DNA of 64,000 nucleotides from an uncultured Candidatus Saccharibacteria bacterium (GTDB lineage Bacteria > Patescibacteriota > Minisyncoccia > Phycocordibacterales > CSBR16-119): NCBI GenBank assembly GCA_964557535.1, contig CAZLAD010000002.1, positions 21,560-85,559 of the forward strand. Reading direction: 5' to 3'. The position numbers and the translations under genes were made by a program. The notes under the pieces are model-generated. The model did no database searches and was not told where the DNA came from. It worked only from the letters and a program-made list of their open reading frames with translations. Shown piece by piece: positions 27,115 to 37,596 of the stretch (position 1 is its first letter; each line of letters opens with the position of its first letter).

Positions 27115-27678
27115 TCATAAATTTTCTATCGCCTCCAAAACAAACGGCACCGGACCAAAACCTTCTTCAGAAGTTATATGTCCGGCATTTGGTATGACAG
27201 TCACTTGTGCGCCCAGATTTTCTTCAAACTTCTTCTTGGTAATTTCAAGAGGCACAAATTTATCATTATCACTCAGAAAAACAATTGTCTTTCCGACAAC
27301 CTCTTTCAATTTCCCAAAATCAATCGGCGTTTCGATCCAAGGCTTGGCAATCTCCCCCACTTCGCCATTTTCAAGTCCGATCAAATCAAACCAACCCGCC
27401 ACAAAAACAACTCCGGCAACTTTTTTCTCTTGCTCTGCTAAAAATCTCATAATCGTCTGACAGCCAATGCTGTGACCGACAAATATTGTATTTTCATCAA
27501 TCTCGCCCGCTTCTTCGCGCAATTGCGAAACCCATTCACCAATTATGGGAGTTTCCGGATCTTTCATGTCAAAAGCAACAACCTCGTATTGTTTCTTTTT
27601 CAGTTCGCCAACAAGCCACGGGAACCAAAATGATTCCATGCTACCGTCCCAGCCATGAACCAAAATTACTTTTTTCAT
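27115..27678 (-). CDS. Alpha/beta-hydrolase-fold serine hydrolase (RBBP9/YdeN-like)
   Basis: VILVHGW... and FVGHSIGC, the nucleophile elbow GxSxG. Confidence 0.6.
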   Translation of the reverse strand: MKKVILVHGWDGSMESFWFPWLVGELKKKQYEVVAFDMKDPETPIIGEWVSQLREEAGEIDENTIFVGHSIGCQTIMRFLAEQEKKVAGVVFVAGWFDLIGLENGEVGEIAKPWIETPIDFGKLKEVVGKTIVFLSDNDKFVPLEITKKKFEENLGAQVTVIPNAGHITSEEGFGPVPFVLEAIENL

Positions 27679-28241
27679 GAATTTATTTCTTCTAAAAGCT
27701 CTGGAAATTCTATCGTTCCAAGATCATCCAAACAAAAATGTCCCTTGTCAGTAAATTCAATAAATTTAATATTCTGTGTATTTTCTTTCAGGAGATTTAC
27801 GCTGTCGGTTATATAATCTTCGTCATCTGATGAAGATAGTACTGTGATTCCAGAAGTTTTGGAGACAATATCTGAATCAATCTTGAAATCAAACATACCT
27901 GTCGTTAGATATTTCTCGGTATCTAGCCATGGAGCGACCAAAACAACCTGCGAGACTTTTATATTATTTTCGCTCAACCAACGAACAATGAATCCGCCCC
28001 CACAACTATGTCCAATTAATATAGTTTCTTCGTCTGGATTTAATTGTTCAAATATTTTTCGCCAGTTTTCATATACGGGATTGTAAGGCTCTGGCATTTC
28101 CGGAGTCTGAGCCAAAATATTTTTTAATAAGAGTTTCTTTTGAATCCATGGAAGCCAATGACAATTCGATGAAGCTGGACGATTTACGTCGTAATATTCT
28201 TCCTTCGACGGCATCCCGTGAATTATGATTGCTTTCTTCAT
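27675..28241 (-). CDS. Alpha/beta-hydrolase-fold serine hydrolase, tandem paralog of the preceding gene
   Basis: AIIIHGM... and LIGHSCGG. Overlaps its neighbour by 4 nt. Confidence 0.6.
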   Translation of the reverse strand: MKKAIIIHGMPSKEEYYDVNRPASSNCHWLPWIQKKLLLKNILAQTPEMPEPYNPVYENWRKIFEQLNPDEETILIGHSCGGGFIVRWLSENNIKVSQVVLVAPWLDTEKYLTTGMFDFKIDSDIVSKTSGITVLSSSDDEDYITDSVNLLKENTQNIKFIEFTDKGHFCLDDLGTIEFPELLEEINS

Positions 28242-28242
28242 T

Positions 28243-28785
28243 TTAATTCTTCTCCAACCACTCGATCATTTTCTTGTAAGTTCCTTCGCCCGCTTGGCCA
28301 TCCGCTAGCAGACCTTGTTCTTGTTGGAATTTTTTGACCGCGTTTACGGTCGTATCGCCATAATCGTTATCCACACCCACTTTTATCCCGTATTCGTTTA
28401 GAAACTTCTGCACCGTTCCCACACGTGTTCCACGCGAACCTTTTTTCATGAGAATCTTGTCAGTAATGAGTTTTTGAATATCTTTTATAAGCTGTGCGTT
28501 TTCGCCCACCGGTGTCGTCGATGTCGGCACTTCATTTGGCTCAACAGGATTTGGGGTTGGTGCTTGTGGAGCAGGATCTACGACTGGAGTTTCTGGCGTC
28601 GTATTTTGTGGAGGAACGTAGCTATCTTCTGGTTCTGTCGTAACTACCGGACCTATATCTATAGACTCATAGCCTTCTATAATAGAGTCATTTGCAGAGT
28701 TAATGCTTTTAAATGCCCAAATTCCCAGAGCCACAACCCCAAAAATAAAGACAAATATTATAAAATTGGTCTTTAGGCTTTCCAT
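28243..28785 (-). CDS. Secreted protein with a Pro-rich linker and a C-terminal peptidoglycan-binding (PG_binding_1) domain
   Basis: Signal/TM, PxxP repeats, then GSRGTRVGTVQKFLNEYGIKVGVDNDYGDTTVNAVKKFQQEQGLLADGQAG. Confidence 0.6.
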   Translation of the reverse strand: MESLKTNFIIFVFIFGVVALGIWAFKSINSANDSIIEGYESIDIGPVVTTEPEDSYVPPQNTTPETPVVDPAPQAPTPNPVEPNEVPTSTTPVGENAQLIKDIQKLITDKILMKKGSRGTRVGTVQKFLNEYGIKVGVDNDYGDTTVNAVKKFQQEQGLLADGQAGEGTYKKMIEWLEKN

Positions 28786-28955
28786 CTAGATAGTGATAGG
28801 TCACGATCTTTAGATTAATAAACTGTCAGACATTCCCCCGAGAGTAACCGCGTGCGCTATCGGGATCCATACAATAGATATTACCAAGTCCGAGTAACTT
28901 CGCCAAACGGCATGGGTGTTTGCAAAATTTTGAAGGCTTTGATAGTATATTCCCC

Positions 28956-29177
28956 ATGGAAGGAATACTCTCGTGGCTACAGATAATATTCTCTATCGTA
29001 CTGGTAATAACCATACTGTTACAGAAATCCGAATCAGGTATCGGAGGCACTTTTGGCGCTGGCAATGACGGCGGTGTGACATACCACAAAAGACGTGGTT
29101 TCGAGAAGTTTATTTTCTACATGACTATTGTATTCGCGGTGCTTTTAGTTGCTTCGCTTTTGGCAGAATTTTTCTAG
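28956..29177 (+). CDS. secG: Preprotein translocase subunit SecG (track ORF starts at 28920; the internal Met is the likely start)
   Basis: LLQKSESGIGGTFGAGNDGG is the SecG glycine-rich signature between two TM helices. Confidence 0.65.
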   Translation: MEGILSWLQIIFSIVLVITILLQKSESGIGGTFGAGNDGGVTYHKRRGFEKFIFYMTIVFAVLLVASLLAEFF

Positions 29178-29236
29178 TCAGAATCTAATTTTTGACTCCT
29201 TAGACGCTTAAATTTATAGATACTATTTAATTAAAC

Positions 29237-31003
29237 ATGACAGAAACAAAAAGTCATTTGACTAAATTTACTTCGTCGATAATTCAAAATAAAAAAACTC
29301 TAAAAAATGTTTTGGATTCTTTTTCGCCGAAGCAAACATTTATTTTCATAACTTTATTCATAGTGATGCTTGTCAGCGTTTTGTTTATTTTGGGCAAAAT
29401 CAACAAAACATTTTTGGTCTATTTACCAGAAAGAGGTGGTGGGATTTCAGAGGGAATCATTGGCTCCCCACGGTTCATAAACCCCATACTTGCAATTTCA
29501 GACACGGACAAAGACCTAACTTCACTCGTATATTCCGGACTGATGAAGAAAAATCCAGATGGAACGATTGTTCCTGATATCGCAGAATCCTATACTATTT
29601 CCGAAAACGGATTAACTTATAGTTTCAAGATAAAGCCGGGCATCAAATTCCAAGACAATAATCCCCTCACAATCGATGACATAATCTTTACTGTCGAAAA
29701 AATCAAAGACGCGGTAGTCAAAAGCCCACTTGAATCAACATGGCAAGGCATCCTCGTTTCAAAAGATCAGAACGATCCGCAAACAATTGTTTTCAAACTA
29801 GCTGCTCCGTACGCATCATTTTTAGAAAATACAACTTTCGGAATCCTCCCAAAACATATTTGGAATGAATTTCAAACCGAAGAATTTAATTTATCGAAAG
29901 TAAATCTAGAAGCAATTGGTTCTGGCCCGTATAAAATTTCTTCTATAACCCAAAACAAAAATGGAGTTGTCGAAAAAATTGAATTAAATCAATGGCGTAG
30001 ATATTCCGGTAAAAAGCCCTTTATCAAAAAAATCAAACTTGTTTTCTATAGAAACGAAGCAGACATGATTCGAGCTTACCGCAGGGGTCGCGTGGACCAA
30101 ATCAGTTCCATAAGTCCGAAAAATGCCAACGAACTGCGCGATGCGGGATATCAGCCCACAACAGCTGTTTTGTCTAGGATTTTTGGACTATTTTTCAATC
30201 CAAACCAAAATGAAATATTTCGTGACAAAAGCATAATCACGGCGATCAATCTCGGAATAGACAAAGAAAAAATCATCGATGGAACTCTGTATGGTTTTGG
30301 AAAAGTGATCGACTCACCCGTAACCAATCAGGATTCGGATGAAAAAATCGACAACAATTTTGCCGAAAATTTATCAACCGCCCAAAACATCTTGGATAAT
30401 GCTGGATGGAAAATAAACGAAGCAACTGGTTTTCGAGAAAAATCTGGTAAAAGATTGCAATTTTCTATCTCGACAGCTGACGTCGGAGAACTCCGTGCCA
30501 CAAGTGAATCAATCAAAGAAGCTATGGCCAATCTCGGTATCGAGGTCTCAGTCAAAGTCTTTGAGATCGGGATGTTAAATCAGACCATCATTCGACCGAG
30601 AGACTACGAAGCACTATTTTTCGGTCAAATTGTTAGAAATGATTCGGACTTGTTTGCTTTTTGGCATTCGTCGCAAAGAAATGATCCCGGACTAAACATT
30701 TCTGTTTATACAAATGCCAGGGTAGACAAAATGCTCGAAGAACTAATTGCAACCACCGACCAGACGACAAGAGAAGCGAGACTTGCCGAGATAGCTAGTC
30801 AAATAAAATCTGATCTACCAGCAATCTTTATCTATTCGCCAGAATTTATTTACATGAAAAGTGAACGTATAAAAGGAATTGAGCTTGGTCAAATGACTTC
30901 TAGTTCAGAAAGATTTCTCGGAATAGCTGATTGGTATGTTAGAACTGACGCTGTGTGGAAGTTTTTGAAGCCAAAAGACGAACGCGCAATGACTGAAAAT
31001 TAA
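29237..31003 (+). CDS. ABC transporter substrate-binding protein, family 5 (oligopeptide/nickel type)
   Basis: N-terminal TM anchor. The SBP_bac_5 region has matches in ...LVYSGLMKKNPDGTIVPDIAESYTIS... Confidence 0.7.
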   Translation: MTETKSHLTKFTSSIIQNKKTLKNVLDSFSPKQTFIFITLFIVMLVSVLFILGKINKTFLVYLPERGGGISEGIIGSPRFINPILAISDTDKDLTSLVYSGLMKKNPDGTIVPDIAESYTISENGLTYSFKIKPGIKFQDNNPLTIDDIIFTVEKIKDAVVKSPLESTWQGILVSKDQNDPQTIVFKLAAPYASFLENTTFGILPKHIWNEFQTEEFNLSKVNLEAIGSGPYKISSITQNKNGVVEKIELNQWRRYSGKKPFIKKIKLVFYRNEADMIRAYRRGRVDQISSISPKNANELRDAGYQPTTAVLSRIFGLFFNPNQNEIFRDKSIITAINLGIDKEKIIDGTLYGFGKVIDSPVTNQDSDEKIDNNFAENLSTAQNILDNAGWKINEATGFREKSGKRLQFSISTADVGELRATSESIKEAMANLGIEVSVKVFEIGMLNQTIIRPRDYEALFFGQIVRNDSDLFAFWHSSQRNDPGLNISVYTNARVDKMLEELIATTDQTTREARLAEIASQIKSDLPAIFIYSPEFIYMKSERIKGIELGQMTSSSERFLGIADWYVRTDAVWKFLKPKDERAMTEN

Positions 31004-31033
31004 AAAACAAAAATTAATTATAAAAAATAAAAT

Positions 31034-33001
31034 ATGATAAAAAAAGGAGACGAGCGAAACAACGCGAGCCGAACTAGAACCTATGTTTCTAATGGAGCAC
31101 CCAAGAAAAAGACGCACACCTCGACATCGGTTGTTGGTGCCAGCGCGCCAAAACAAGCGCCACGCAGACCAAACCAAGGATCAACAAAAAAAGCTTTCGG
31201 TGACAAACCCATATCTGGACAGACGAGAAATTTTAGAACGCAAAAACCGTCCGGGAATTTCCGTTCCGGTGATCAAAGACCGTCTCATAACCACCCCGAA
31301 CGCAAGAGTGCTGATAAAATTCCGCCACTCGCACCAGGTGATATCCGCATAATTCCACTTGGAGGCGTCGAAGAAATCGGTCGCAACATGACGATTGTTG
31401 AAATGAACGATCAGATCATCGTTATCGATGCTGGTATAGAATTTGCCGACGAAGATAATCCGGGTGTGAATTATATTATCCCAAACACTAGATATCTAGA
31501 GGAAAACAAACACAAAATCAAAGCATTGGTTATCACGCACGGACACCTCGACCACATCGGCGGAATTCCCTATCTCATCGACCGTATTGGAAATCCACCA
31601 ATATATACTCGTGAGTTTGGAGCATTGCTTATCAAATCAAAAGCGACGGATTTCCCAGGTCTCAAACTCAACATAAAAATAGTTGAGAAAGACGACGGAG
31701 CAATTCCTCTGTCACCTGACTTCAAAGTGCGCTTCTTTGGTCTGACTCACTCTATTCCAGACTCCACAGGAGTAATCATTGAAACTCCTTATGGTGACAT
31801 CGTCTCAACCGGAGATGTTCGTATTGAAAACACCGATGGCGTACCGGCTGAGAAAGAAATTGCCCAATATGAAATTTTCAAAAACCGCAAAGTCCTTCTC
31901 ATGACGATGGATTCCACTGGAATCACTACGCCAGGATGGTCACAATCTGAACGAAAAGTTATTGAAACGATCGACGGTATCATGAAAAACGTTACTGGTA
32001 GATTGATTATTGCTACATTCGCCTCGCAAGTCGAACGCATTGTTGAATTCATAAAGATCGCCAAAAAGTACGGTAAATATGTGGTCGTCGAAGGCCGTTC
32101 GATGAAAACAAACATCGGTATTGTCGAACAGCTTAAACTTACAGAAATGTCACATGTCATTCCTGTCGAAGAAATGGAAAATTACCCACCACACAAAATC
32201 ATGATGCTTGCAACTGGCGCTCAGGGTGAGGAATTCGCCGCTCTCATGCGTATGGCAAACAAAACACACAAACAAGTGCGTCTAACGCCACACGACACCA
32301 TCATCCTCTCGTCATCAGTTATTCCCGGCAACGAAATGTCAGTAACGAAGCTCAAGGACAATCTATACCGAAGTGACGCCAAGATCATAACGTACATCGA
32401 TAACGTCGTTCATGCTTCTGGTCACGGTAAGCGAGATGAGCTCATGTGGATTCATAGCCAAATAAAATACAAATATTTTATGCCAGTCCATGGACATCAC
32501 CACTTTGTCAAAATCCACGCCGAATTGGCGGTTGCTCGTGGCGCAAAACCAGAAAACGTCATAGTTCCAGACGACGGATCAATTATCGAAATCAGAGATA
32601 AGGGCGAAAGTATCACCAAACTCAAAGAAAAAGCCCCGGCAGACGCAGTTATCATCGACGGTCTCTCTGTTTCTGACACTCAACACTTGGTTATCCGCGA
32701 CAGAAAAGCTCTGGCCCAAGACGGAATCTTTATGATTATCGTCATGATCGACGTTCACAATAAAAAAGTAAAAAAATCCCCAGACCTAATTTCACGTGGA
32801 TTTGTTTATCTCAAAGAAAATCAAGAACTTCTGAAAAAAGCCCGCACAATGATCAAAACCACGACCGAAGAAACAATACTAGGTATGGACCCGATTGATT
32901 TTGACTATGTCAAAGACACCATCAACCGAAAAATCTCGAAATTCCTGTTCCAGTCAACTGGTAAGCGCCCTGTCGTTATCCCAGTAGTGCTCAGTGTCTA
33001 A
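31034..33001 (+). CDS. rnj: Ribonuclease J with a ~100-aa basic low-complexity N-terminal extension
   Basis: Metallo-beta-lactamase VITHGHLDHIGG, plus a beta-CASP and a C-terminal domain. Confidence 0.85.
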   Translation: MIKKGDERNNASRTRTYVSNGAPKKKTHTSTSVVGASAPKQAPRRPNQGSTKKAFGDKPISGQTRNFRTQKPSGNFRSGDQRPSHNHPERKSADKIPPLAPGDIRIIPLGGVEEIGRNMTIVEMNDQIIVIDAGIEFADEDNPGVNYIIPNTRYLEENKHKIKALVITHGHLDHIGGIPYLIDRIGNPPIYTREFGALLIKSKATDFPGLKLNIKIVEKDDGAIPLSPDFKVRFFGLTHSIPDSTGVIIETPYGDIVSTGDVRIENTDGVPAEKEIAQYEIFKNRKVLLMTMDSTGITTPGWSQSERKVIETIDGIMKNVTGRLIIATFASQVERIVEFIKIAKKYGKYVVVEGRSMKTNIGIVEQLKLTEMSHVIPVEEMENYPPHKIMMLATGAQGEEFAALMRMANKTHKQVRLTPHDTIILSSSVIPGNEMSVTKLKDNLYRSDAKIITYIDNVVHASGHGKRDELMWIHSQIKYKYFMPVHGHHHFVKIHAELAVARGAKPENVIVPDDGSIIEIRDKGESITKLKEKAPADAVIIDGLSVSDTQHLVIRDRKALAQDGIFMIIVMIDVHNKKVKKSPDLISRGFVYLKENQELLKKARTMIKTTTEETILGMDPIDFDYVKDTINRKISKFLFQSTGKRPVVIPVVLSV

Positions 33002-33023
33002 AATTGTTTGCTACAATTAAAGT

Positions 33024-34199
33024 ATGCAAAAAAACAAACCTGATTTATCTGGTCAAAAAATACGTTCGGTTTTCTTGATTGGTTTTCTGCTTACGGTTGC
33101 ACTTGCCCTCACTGGCTACATCGATTCGAGCTTCCTTGGAACCAAAGTCAACGTCAAAACAGTTGGGCTTTTGTTCTCTCTTGGGTCCATCGCCTCTATC
33201 GTCTTTCTAACTTATCTGCCAGAAATATTGAAAAAGATAGGTATTCGTGGCGTTTTCCATTTGACGGGATTGACCTACCTCGTGTCAGTTCTAGGAATGT
33301 TGAATACCGAAACACCTTTGGTTTTCGGAATATTGTTTATCTTTTATATTGCTTCGGGCTACGGCATGTATTTCGCTATTGATCTACTCATAGAAAGCAT
33401 GTCCAAAAAGAAAACAACTGGTGTGACACGCGGGATTTATCTTGCGATTTACAACTTGGCGTATCTTCTCGGACCACTTCTGGCCGGAATGATTCTAAAA
33501 GATAATTCTTTTAATCTCGTATACCTCATCGCCGGAGTGTTTGTTATTATCATGTTTTTGGTCTTCATCAAAGATTTGGAAAAGCTCGACATTGAAACCT
33601 CGCATCGAAAGATTTCCCCGCCCGAAATCATCAATCGACTTTTTAGAAGTGAGAACCTTTTTAATATTTTTATCGTAAGCTTGATGCTGTCATTTTTCTT
33701 CAGCTGGATGGCTATTTACACGCCTATTTATCTTCATACATTTTTGGGATTTAATTGGCAACAAATCGGCACAATGTTTGCCATCATGCACATCCCCTAT
33801 ATTACTCTCGAGGTCCCGATCGGACGTTTGGCTGACAAATACAATTGTGAAAAATATTTACTCACGATTGGTCTCGTCATCATAGGACTCTCGACTGCCG
33901 GTCTATCTCTTTTTGCCGATGGTAGTTTCTGGGCTTGGACTCTGGGGCTTGCAATAACTCGTGTCGGCGCAAGTTTTGTACAAGTTGGCCACGAAAGCTA
34001 CTTTTTCAAGCGTGTCGACGCGCAAGACTCACACATGATTGCACTTTACCGAAACGCCTCTCCGCTTGCATATATCTTGGGACCAATAATCGGAACGATT
34101 GTTTTAGCATTTACAAATTACAATGCTTTGTTTATAGTGCTCGGAGTTATCATGCTTGGCGTCACCTACTTTAGTGTACGCCTAAAGAAATTTCGATGA
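33024..34199 (+). CDS. MFS transporter (12 TM)
   Basis: Twelve hydrophobic helices with an MFS-like loop arrangement. Confidence 0.6.
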   Translation: MQKNKPDLSGQKIRSVFLIGFLLTVALALTGYIDSSFLGTKVNVKTVGLLFSLGSIASIVFLTYLPEILKKIGIRGVFHLTGLTYLVSVLGMLNTETPLVFGILFIFYIASGYGMYFAIDLLIESMSKKKTTGVTRGIYLAIYNLAYLLGPLLAGMILKDNSFNLVYLIAGVFVIIMFLVFIKDLEKLDIETSHRKISPPEIINRLFRSENLFNIFIVSLMLSFFFSWMAIYTPIYLHTFLGFNWQQIGTMFAIMHIPYITLEVPIGRLADKYNCEKYLLTIGLVIIGLSTAGLSLFADGSFWAWTLGLAITRVGASFVQVGHESYFFKRVDAQDSHMIALYRNASPLAYILGPIIGTIVLAFTNYNALFIVLGVIMLGVTYFSVRLKKFR

Positions 34200-34243
34200 A
34201 TCCCATTAGAGATACCCTTATTTAAGCCTACAATAAAAAATTT

Positions 34244-34969
34244 ATGAAAAAAACGAATGACAAAATCTCTAACGGGATGAGAATAAACAAATATCTGGCT
34301 CACAAAAATTATGCCACCCGCCGAGGCGCAGACGCCCTTATATCTGCCGGAAAAGTCCTTATAAACGGTAAAAAAGCCGTGCTTGGCGATCAGGTAACCG
34401 AAACTGACAAAGTCACCCTCAAAGGCGATGTGGCTGCCACAGAGGCAAAATACGCCTACTACGCCTACTATAAACCGACAGGAGTCTCGACCATCGGTGG
34501 TACAACCGAAGAGAAAAGTATAAACGATGTGGCCAAATTCCCCGAGCGAGTCTTTCCGCTCGGTCGCCTAGACAAAGATTCCGAAGGATTACTTTTGATG
34601 ACCAACGATGGTCGCCTAACCGACAAACTTCTCAATCCCAAAAACGATCACGATAAAGAATACTTGGTCACACTCGAGGAAGAAATTACGCATCAGTTCT
34701 TGGTCAAAATGGGACTTGGGGTAAAAATCGGCGACTACAAAACAAAAAAAACAAAAATTCGTCGTGTCGATAAACATTCATTCGAAATAATTCTAACTGA
34801 AGGCAAAAATCGTCAAATTAGAAAAATGTGCGGAAACCTAGGATTCAAAGTCAAATATTTAAAACGCATCCGTATCATGAACATTCTCTTGGGCAAACTA
34901 AAACCAAATCAATTTAGAAAACTAACCCCTGCCGAACTTAAAACACTTTTCAAAGACTTGGGATTTTAA
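34244..34969 (+). CDS. RsuA/RluB-family rRNA pseudouridine synthase (S4 domain + catalytic domain)
   Basis: S4 region MRINKYLAHKNYATRRGADALISAGKVLINGK, and the catalytic-Asp motif FPLGRLDKDSEGLLLMTNDG. Confidence 0.8.
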   Translation: MKKTNDKISNGMRINKYLAHKNYATRRGADALISAGKVLINGKKAVLGDQVTETDKVTLKGDVAATEAKYAYYAYYKPTGVSTIGGTTEEKSINDVAKFPERVFPLGRLDKDSEGLLLMTNDGRLTDKLLNPKNDHDKEYLVTLEEEITHQFLVKMGLGVKIGDYKTKKTKIRRVDKHSFEIILTEGKNRQIRKMCGNLGFKVKYLKRIRIMNILLGKLKPNQFRKLTPAELKTLFKDLGF

Positions 34970-35000
34970 AAAGAAAAACCAGAGCGATCTGGTTTTTCTT
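34968..35000. terminator. Bidirectional hairpin terminator (aaaaaccagagcgatctggttttt)
   Basis: Sits between convergent genes. Confidence 0.55.
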
Positions 35001-35005
35001 TTTGA

Positions 35006-35275
35006 TTATTTCTTGATTGCTTTTTTGACGGCTTTCTTCATCACGGCGACTTGCTTGGCGACCTTCTTTACTGTTTTCTTGGCGTTCGCAACTTTTTTCT
35101 TGGCGGCACCCATCATGGCTTTGCCGGTTACTTTCGCTTTGGCCATTACCTTCTTTACCTTGGCGCGATTTTTCTTACCATTTGGTCCAAGTAACATATA
35201 TGCCGCTGTTCCCGCTGCCACGACTCCTGCACCAATTGCTAACTTCTTGCCTAGATTTCCTTTTTTCTTTGCCAT
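35006..35275 (-). CDS. Lys/Ala-rich basic protein (histone-H1-like tail) with an N-terminal hydrophobic segment
   Basis: Composition: KK(V/A)xKAxKK repeats. Confidence 0.45.
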   Translation of the reverse strand: MAKKKGNLGKKLAIGAGVVAAGTAAYMLLGPNGKKNRAKVKKVMAKAKVTGKAMMGAAKKKVANAKKTVKKVAKQVAVMKKAVKKAIKK

Positions 35276-35341
35276 AATATTTTCTTTCTTAGTTTAATAA
35301 TCTTTGCTTTCCTGTTTTATTATACTCCAAAAATCACCGAA

Positions 35342-35707
35342 TCAAGACTTTTTCTTCCTGCGCCCTCCCAGGGCTTTGCGCGTAGACGGTTTCACTTCCG
35401 GAAACATCAACCTAAACAGAAAGCTCTCTTTGACGCGGGCAACCATGTCTTTAGCATCATTACTAACTTCGTTCGCACTAGTTTCGATATTTTTTGCAAT
35501 CCTGTTACAAGTCGAAAGAAATTGAGCCAAGTGAAAAAGTGCAAAAATAATTCCAGCTGTTATTACAACAACGGCAATCGTCGTAACGAAGAAGAAAATG
35601 TCGGCTTTCATAAATGTTTCCATCCCGGTAGTGATTGTCGCGGTCTTAAAAATAATAAACTTCAGATAATTTCCCCGAAGCTTATCGCAATCACTGTCGG
35701 GATCCAT
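35342..35707 (-). CDS. Single-TM membrane protein (DUF948-like?)
   Basis: One hydrophobic helix, then a coiled-coil-like region. Confidence 0.4.
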   Translation of the reverse strand: MDPDSDCDKLRGNYLKFIIFKTATITTGMETFMKADIFFFVTTIAVVVITAGIIFALFHLAQFLSTCNRIAKNIETSANEVSNDAKDMVARVKESFLFRLMFPEVKPSTRKALGGRRKKKS

Positions 35708-35745
35708 GTCTAAATTATAGCAGATACTCGTGCTAATATACCCAC

Positions 35746-37017
35746 ATGAAAGACAAAGTCTGGGACGTGATCGTCGTGGGTGGTGGACCAGCTGGCATGA
35801 TGGCGGCTATTTCTGCATCTGGGAAAGGCGCACAAGTAATCCTGATCGAGAAAAATCGAACTCTTGGCAAGAAACTCCTCATCACCGGTGGGGGGCGCTG
35901 TAATGTGACCAATGCGGAATTTGACGACCGTAAACTTCTAGCCAAATTCCGGGGTCAAGGGAAATTTCTCTTTTCAGCATTTGATAAATGGAACGTCGAG
36001 AAAACTCTCGAATTTTTCCACACCAGAAACATGCCAACTAAAATTGAAAACGAGAAGCGCGTCTTCCCCGTTTCTGATTCGGCCCAGTCCGTCTGGGATG
36101 TTCTCGTTGACGAAATGAAAAAAAATCATGTAACTATTCTTTCTAACTCTCCGGTCACCGAAATAATCCTAAGTGACGACAAAAAATCCGTCCTCGGCGT
36201 AGCTCTTAAAAACAAAACTAAAGTATTGGGCAAGTCGGTCATCATCGCAACCGGAGGCACGTCTCGTCCCGAGACAGGATCGACTGGCGATGGCTACAAA
36301 TGGCTCGACAAAATCGGTCATACGATATCCAAACCGACGGCTTCACTGGTGCCGATCGCGGTCAAAGACAGATGGGTTAAATCTCTCGCTGGAATAAGTC
36401 TAAGAGATATAAAAATCAGTCTATTCCAAAACAATGTTCTCCAAGAAAAAATCTTGGGTAAAATTCTATTCACTCACGTCGGTGTCTCTGGTCCAACAAT
36501 TCTCAATATGAGTAAAAGTATAGGCGAACTACTCAAGTACGGCGTAGTCACGGTGTTGCTTGATCTATTGCCGACAATGAACCACGGAGATCTCAATCTC
36601 GGACTCCAAGAAATATTCAATAAAAATCCAACCAAGAAGTTCAAAAATGTTTTGGGCGAATTGGTGCCAAATGCAATGTCTCCAGTCATTGTCGAACTCT
36701 CTGGAATCAATCCGGACATCATCTGCAATGCCGTGTCTCGCGAGCAAAGACTAGCTTTGGTGAAATTACTCAAAGGCATTCCGCTCCATGTCGACAAACT
36801 TCTCGGTCTCGACAAGGCCGTCATCTCATCTGGTGGAGTAGACTTACGTGAAGTTGATTTCAAAACTTGCGCTTCTCGCTTGTACCCAAACCTCTATCTA
36901 ATTGGAGATATACTAAATATTGACCGGCCATCAGGTGGTTACTCTCTGCAACTTTGCTGGACGACTGGACATGTCGCCGGTATTTCATCCACAGAAAAAC
37001 TTTTTTCGAGAAAATAA
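35746..37017 (+). CDS. HI0933-family flavoprotein (BaiN-like NAD(FAD)-utilising dehydrogenase)
   Basis: WDVIVVGGGPAGMMAAISASGKGAQVILIEKN...LLITGGGRCNVTN, 423 aa. Confidence 0.75.
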   Translation: MKDKVWDVIVVGGGPAGMMAAISASGKGAQVILIEKNRTLGKKLLITGGGRCNVTNAEFDDRKLLAKFRGQGKFLFSAFDKWNVEKTLEFFHTRNMPTKIENEKRVFPVSDSAQSVWDVLVDEMKKNHVTILSNSPVTEIILSDDKKSVLGVALKNKTKVLGKSVIIATGGTSRPETGSTGDGYKWLDKIGHTISKPTASLVPIAVKDRWVKSLAGISLRDIKISLFQNNVLQEKILGKILFTHVGVSGPTILNMSKSIGELLKYGVVTVLLDLLPTMNHGDLNLGLQEIFNKNPTKKFKNVLGELVPNAMSPVIVELSGINPDIICNAVSREQRLALVKLLKGIPLHVDKLLGLDKAVISSGGVDLREVDFKTCASRLYPNLYLIGDILNIDRPSGGYSLQLCWTTGHVAGISSTEKLFSRK

Positions 37018-37046
37018 TTTTATATAATTGGTAAAACCCATCTGCC

Positions 37047-37451
37047 ATGAAAACTCTGCTAGTTTTCCTCTTGGCCTTCATGCCAAGTTTTGAGATCGTG
37101 GCTCAAAGTCACGCAATCAAGAATCAGTGTCCGTGCGCACACGAGCGGATCGAAAGAGCACAAAAAAGAGCGAGGTGGATGTGGGAGAACGGCTGGGTCC
37201 TGCAAATAAAATGCAGACGTCAGTCATTTTTCTTCAGGGTCAATCTTCCTGATTCCAAGGATGGCATACTTCTAACGAGAGACACACCGTTTAAGAAGAC
37301 GGTGAAGATCTCGTACCGGGACCACCATTCTTTTGGAGTTGATTTAGGAGACGGTACAACTGTCTACTACAATTTCAACTCACAGAAATGGAGCGAGCCA
37401 AGCCGACCGCTCAGCCCCGGAGAAATTCGACCGGGAGAATACAGAGAGTAG
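37047..37451 (+). CDS. GC-rich secreted hypothetical protein
   Basis: Signal peptide MKTLLVFLLAFMPSFEIVAQS. GC-rich hairpin terminator at 37455-37510. Confidence 0.4.
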   Translation: MKTLLVFLLAFMPSFEIVAQSHAIKNQCPCAHERIERAQKRARWMWENGWVLQIKCRRQSFFFRVNLPDSKDGILLTRDTPFKKTVKISYRDHHSFGVDLGDGTTVYYNFNSQKWSEPSRPLSPGEIRPGEYRE

Positions 37452-37596
37452 CTTGGGTCTACACAAGCGCACGTTCGCCCCCGCCAACAGGCGGGGGCTG
37501 TTCGTTTATTTTTTATTACGCAACTTACTTATAGCAATTTCACTCCAAGCAACAGCAAAAGCCGAGTAATTTACAATCACAAACCACGTTGGGTTT

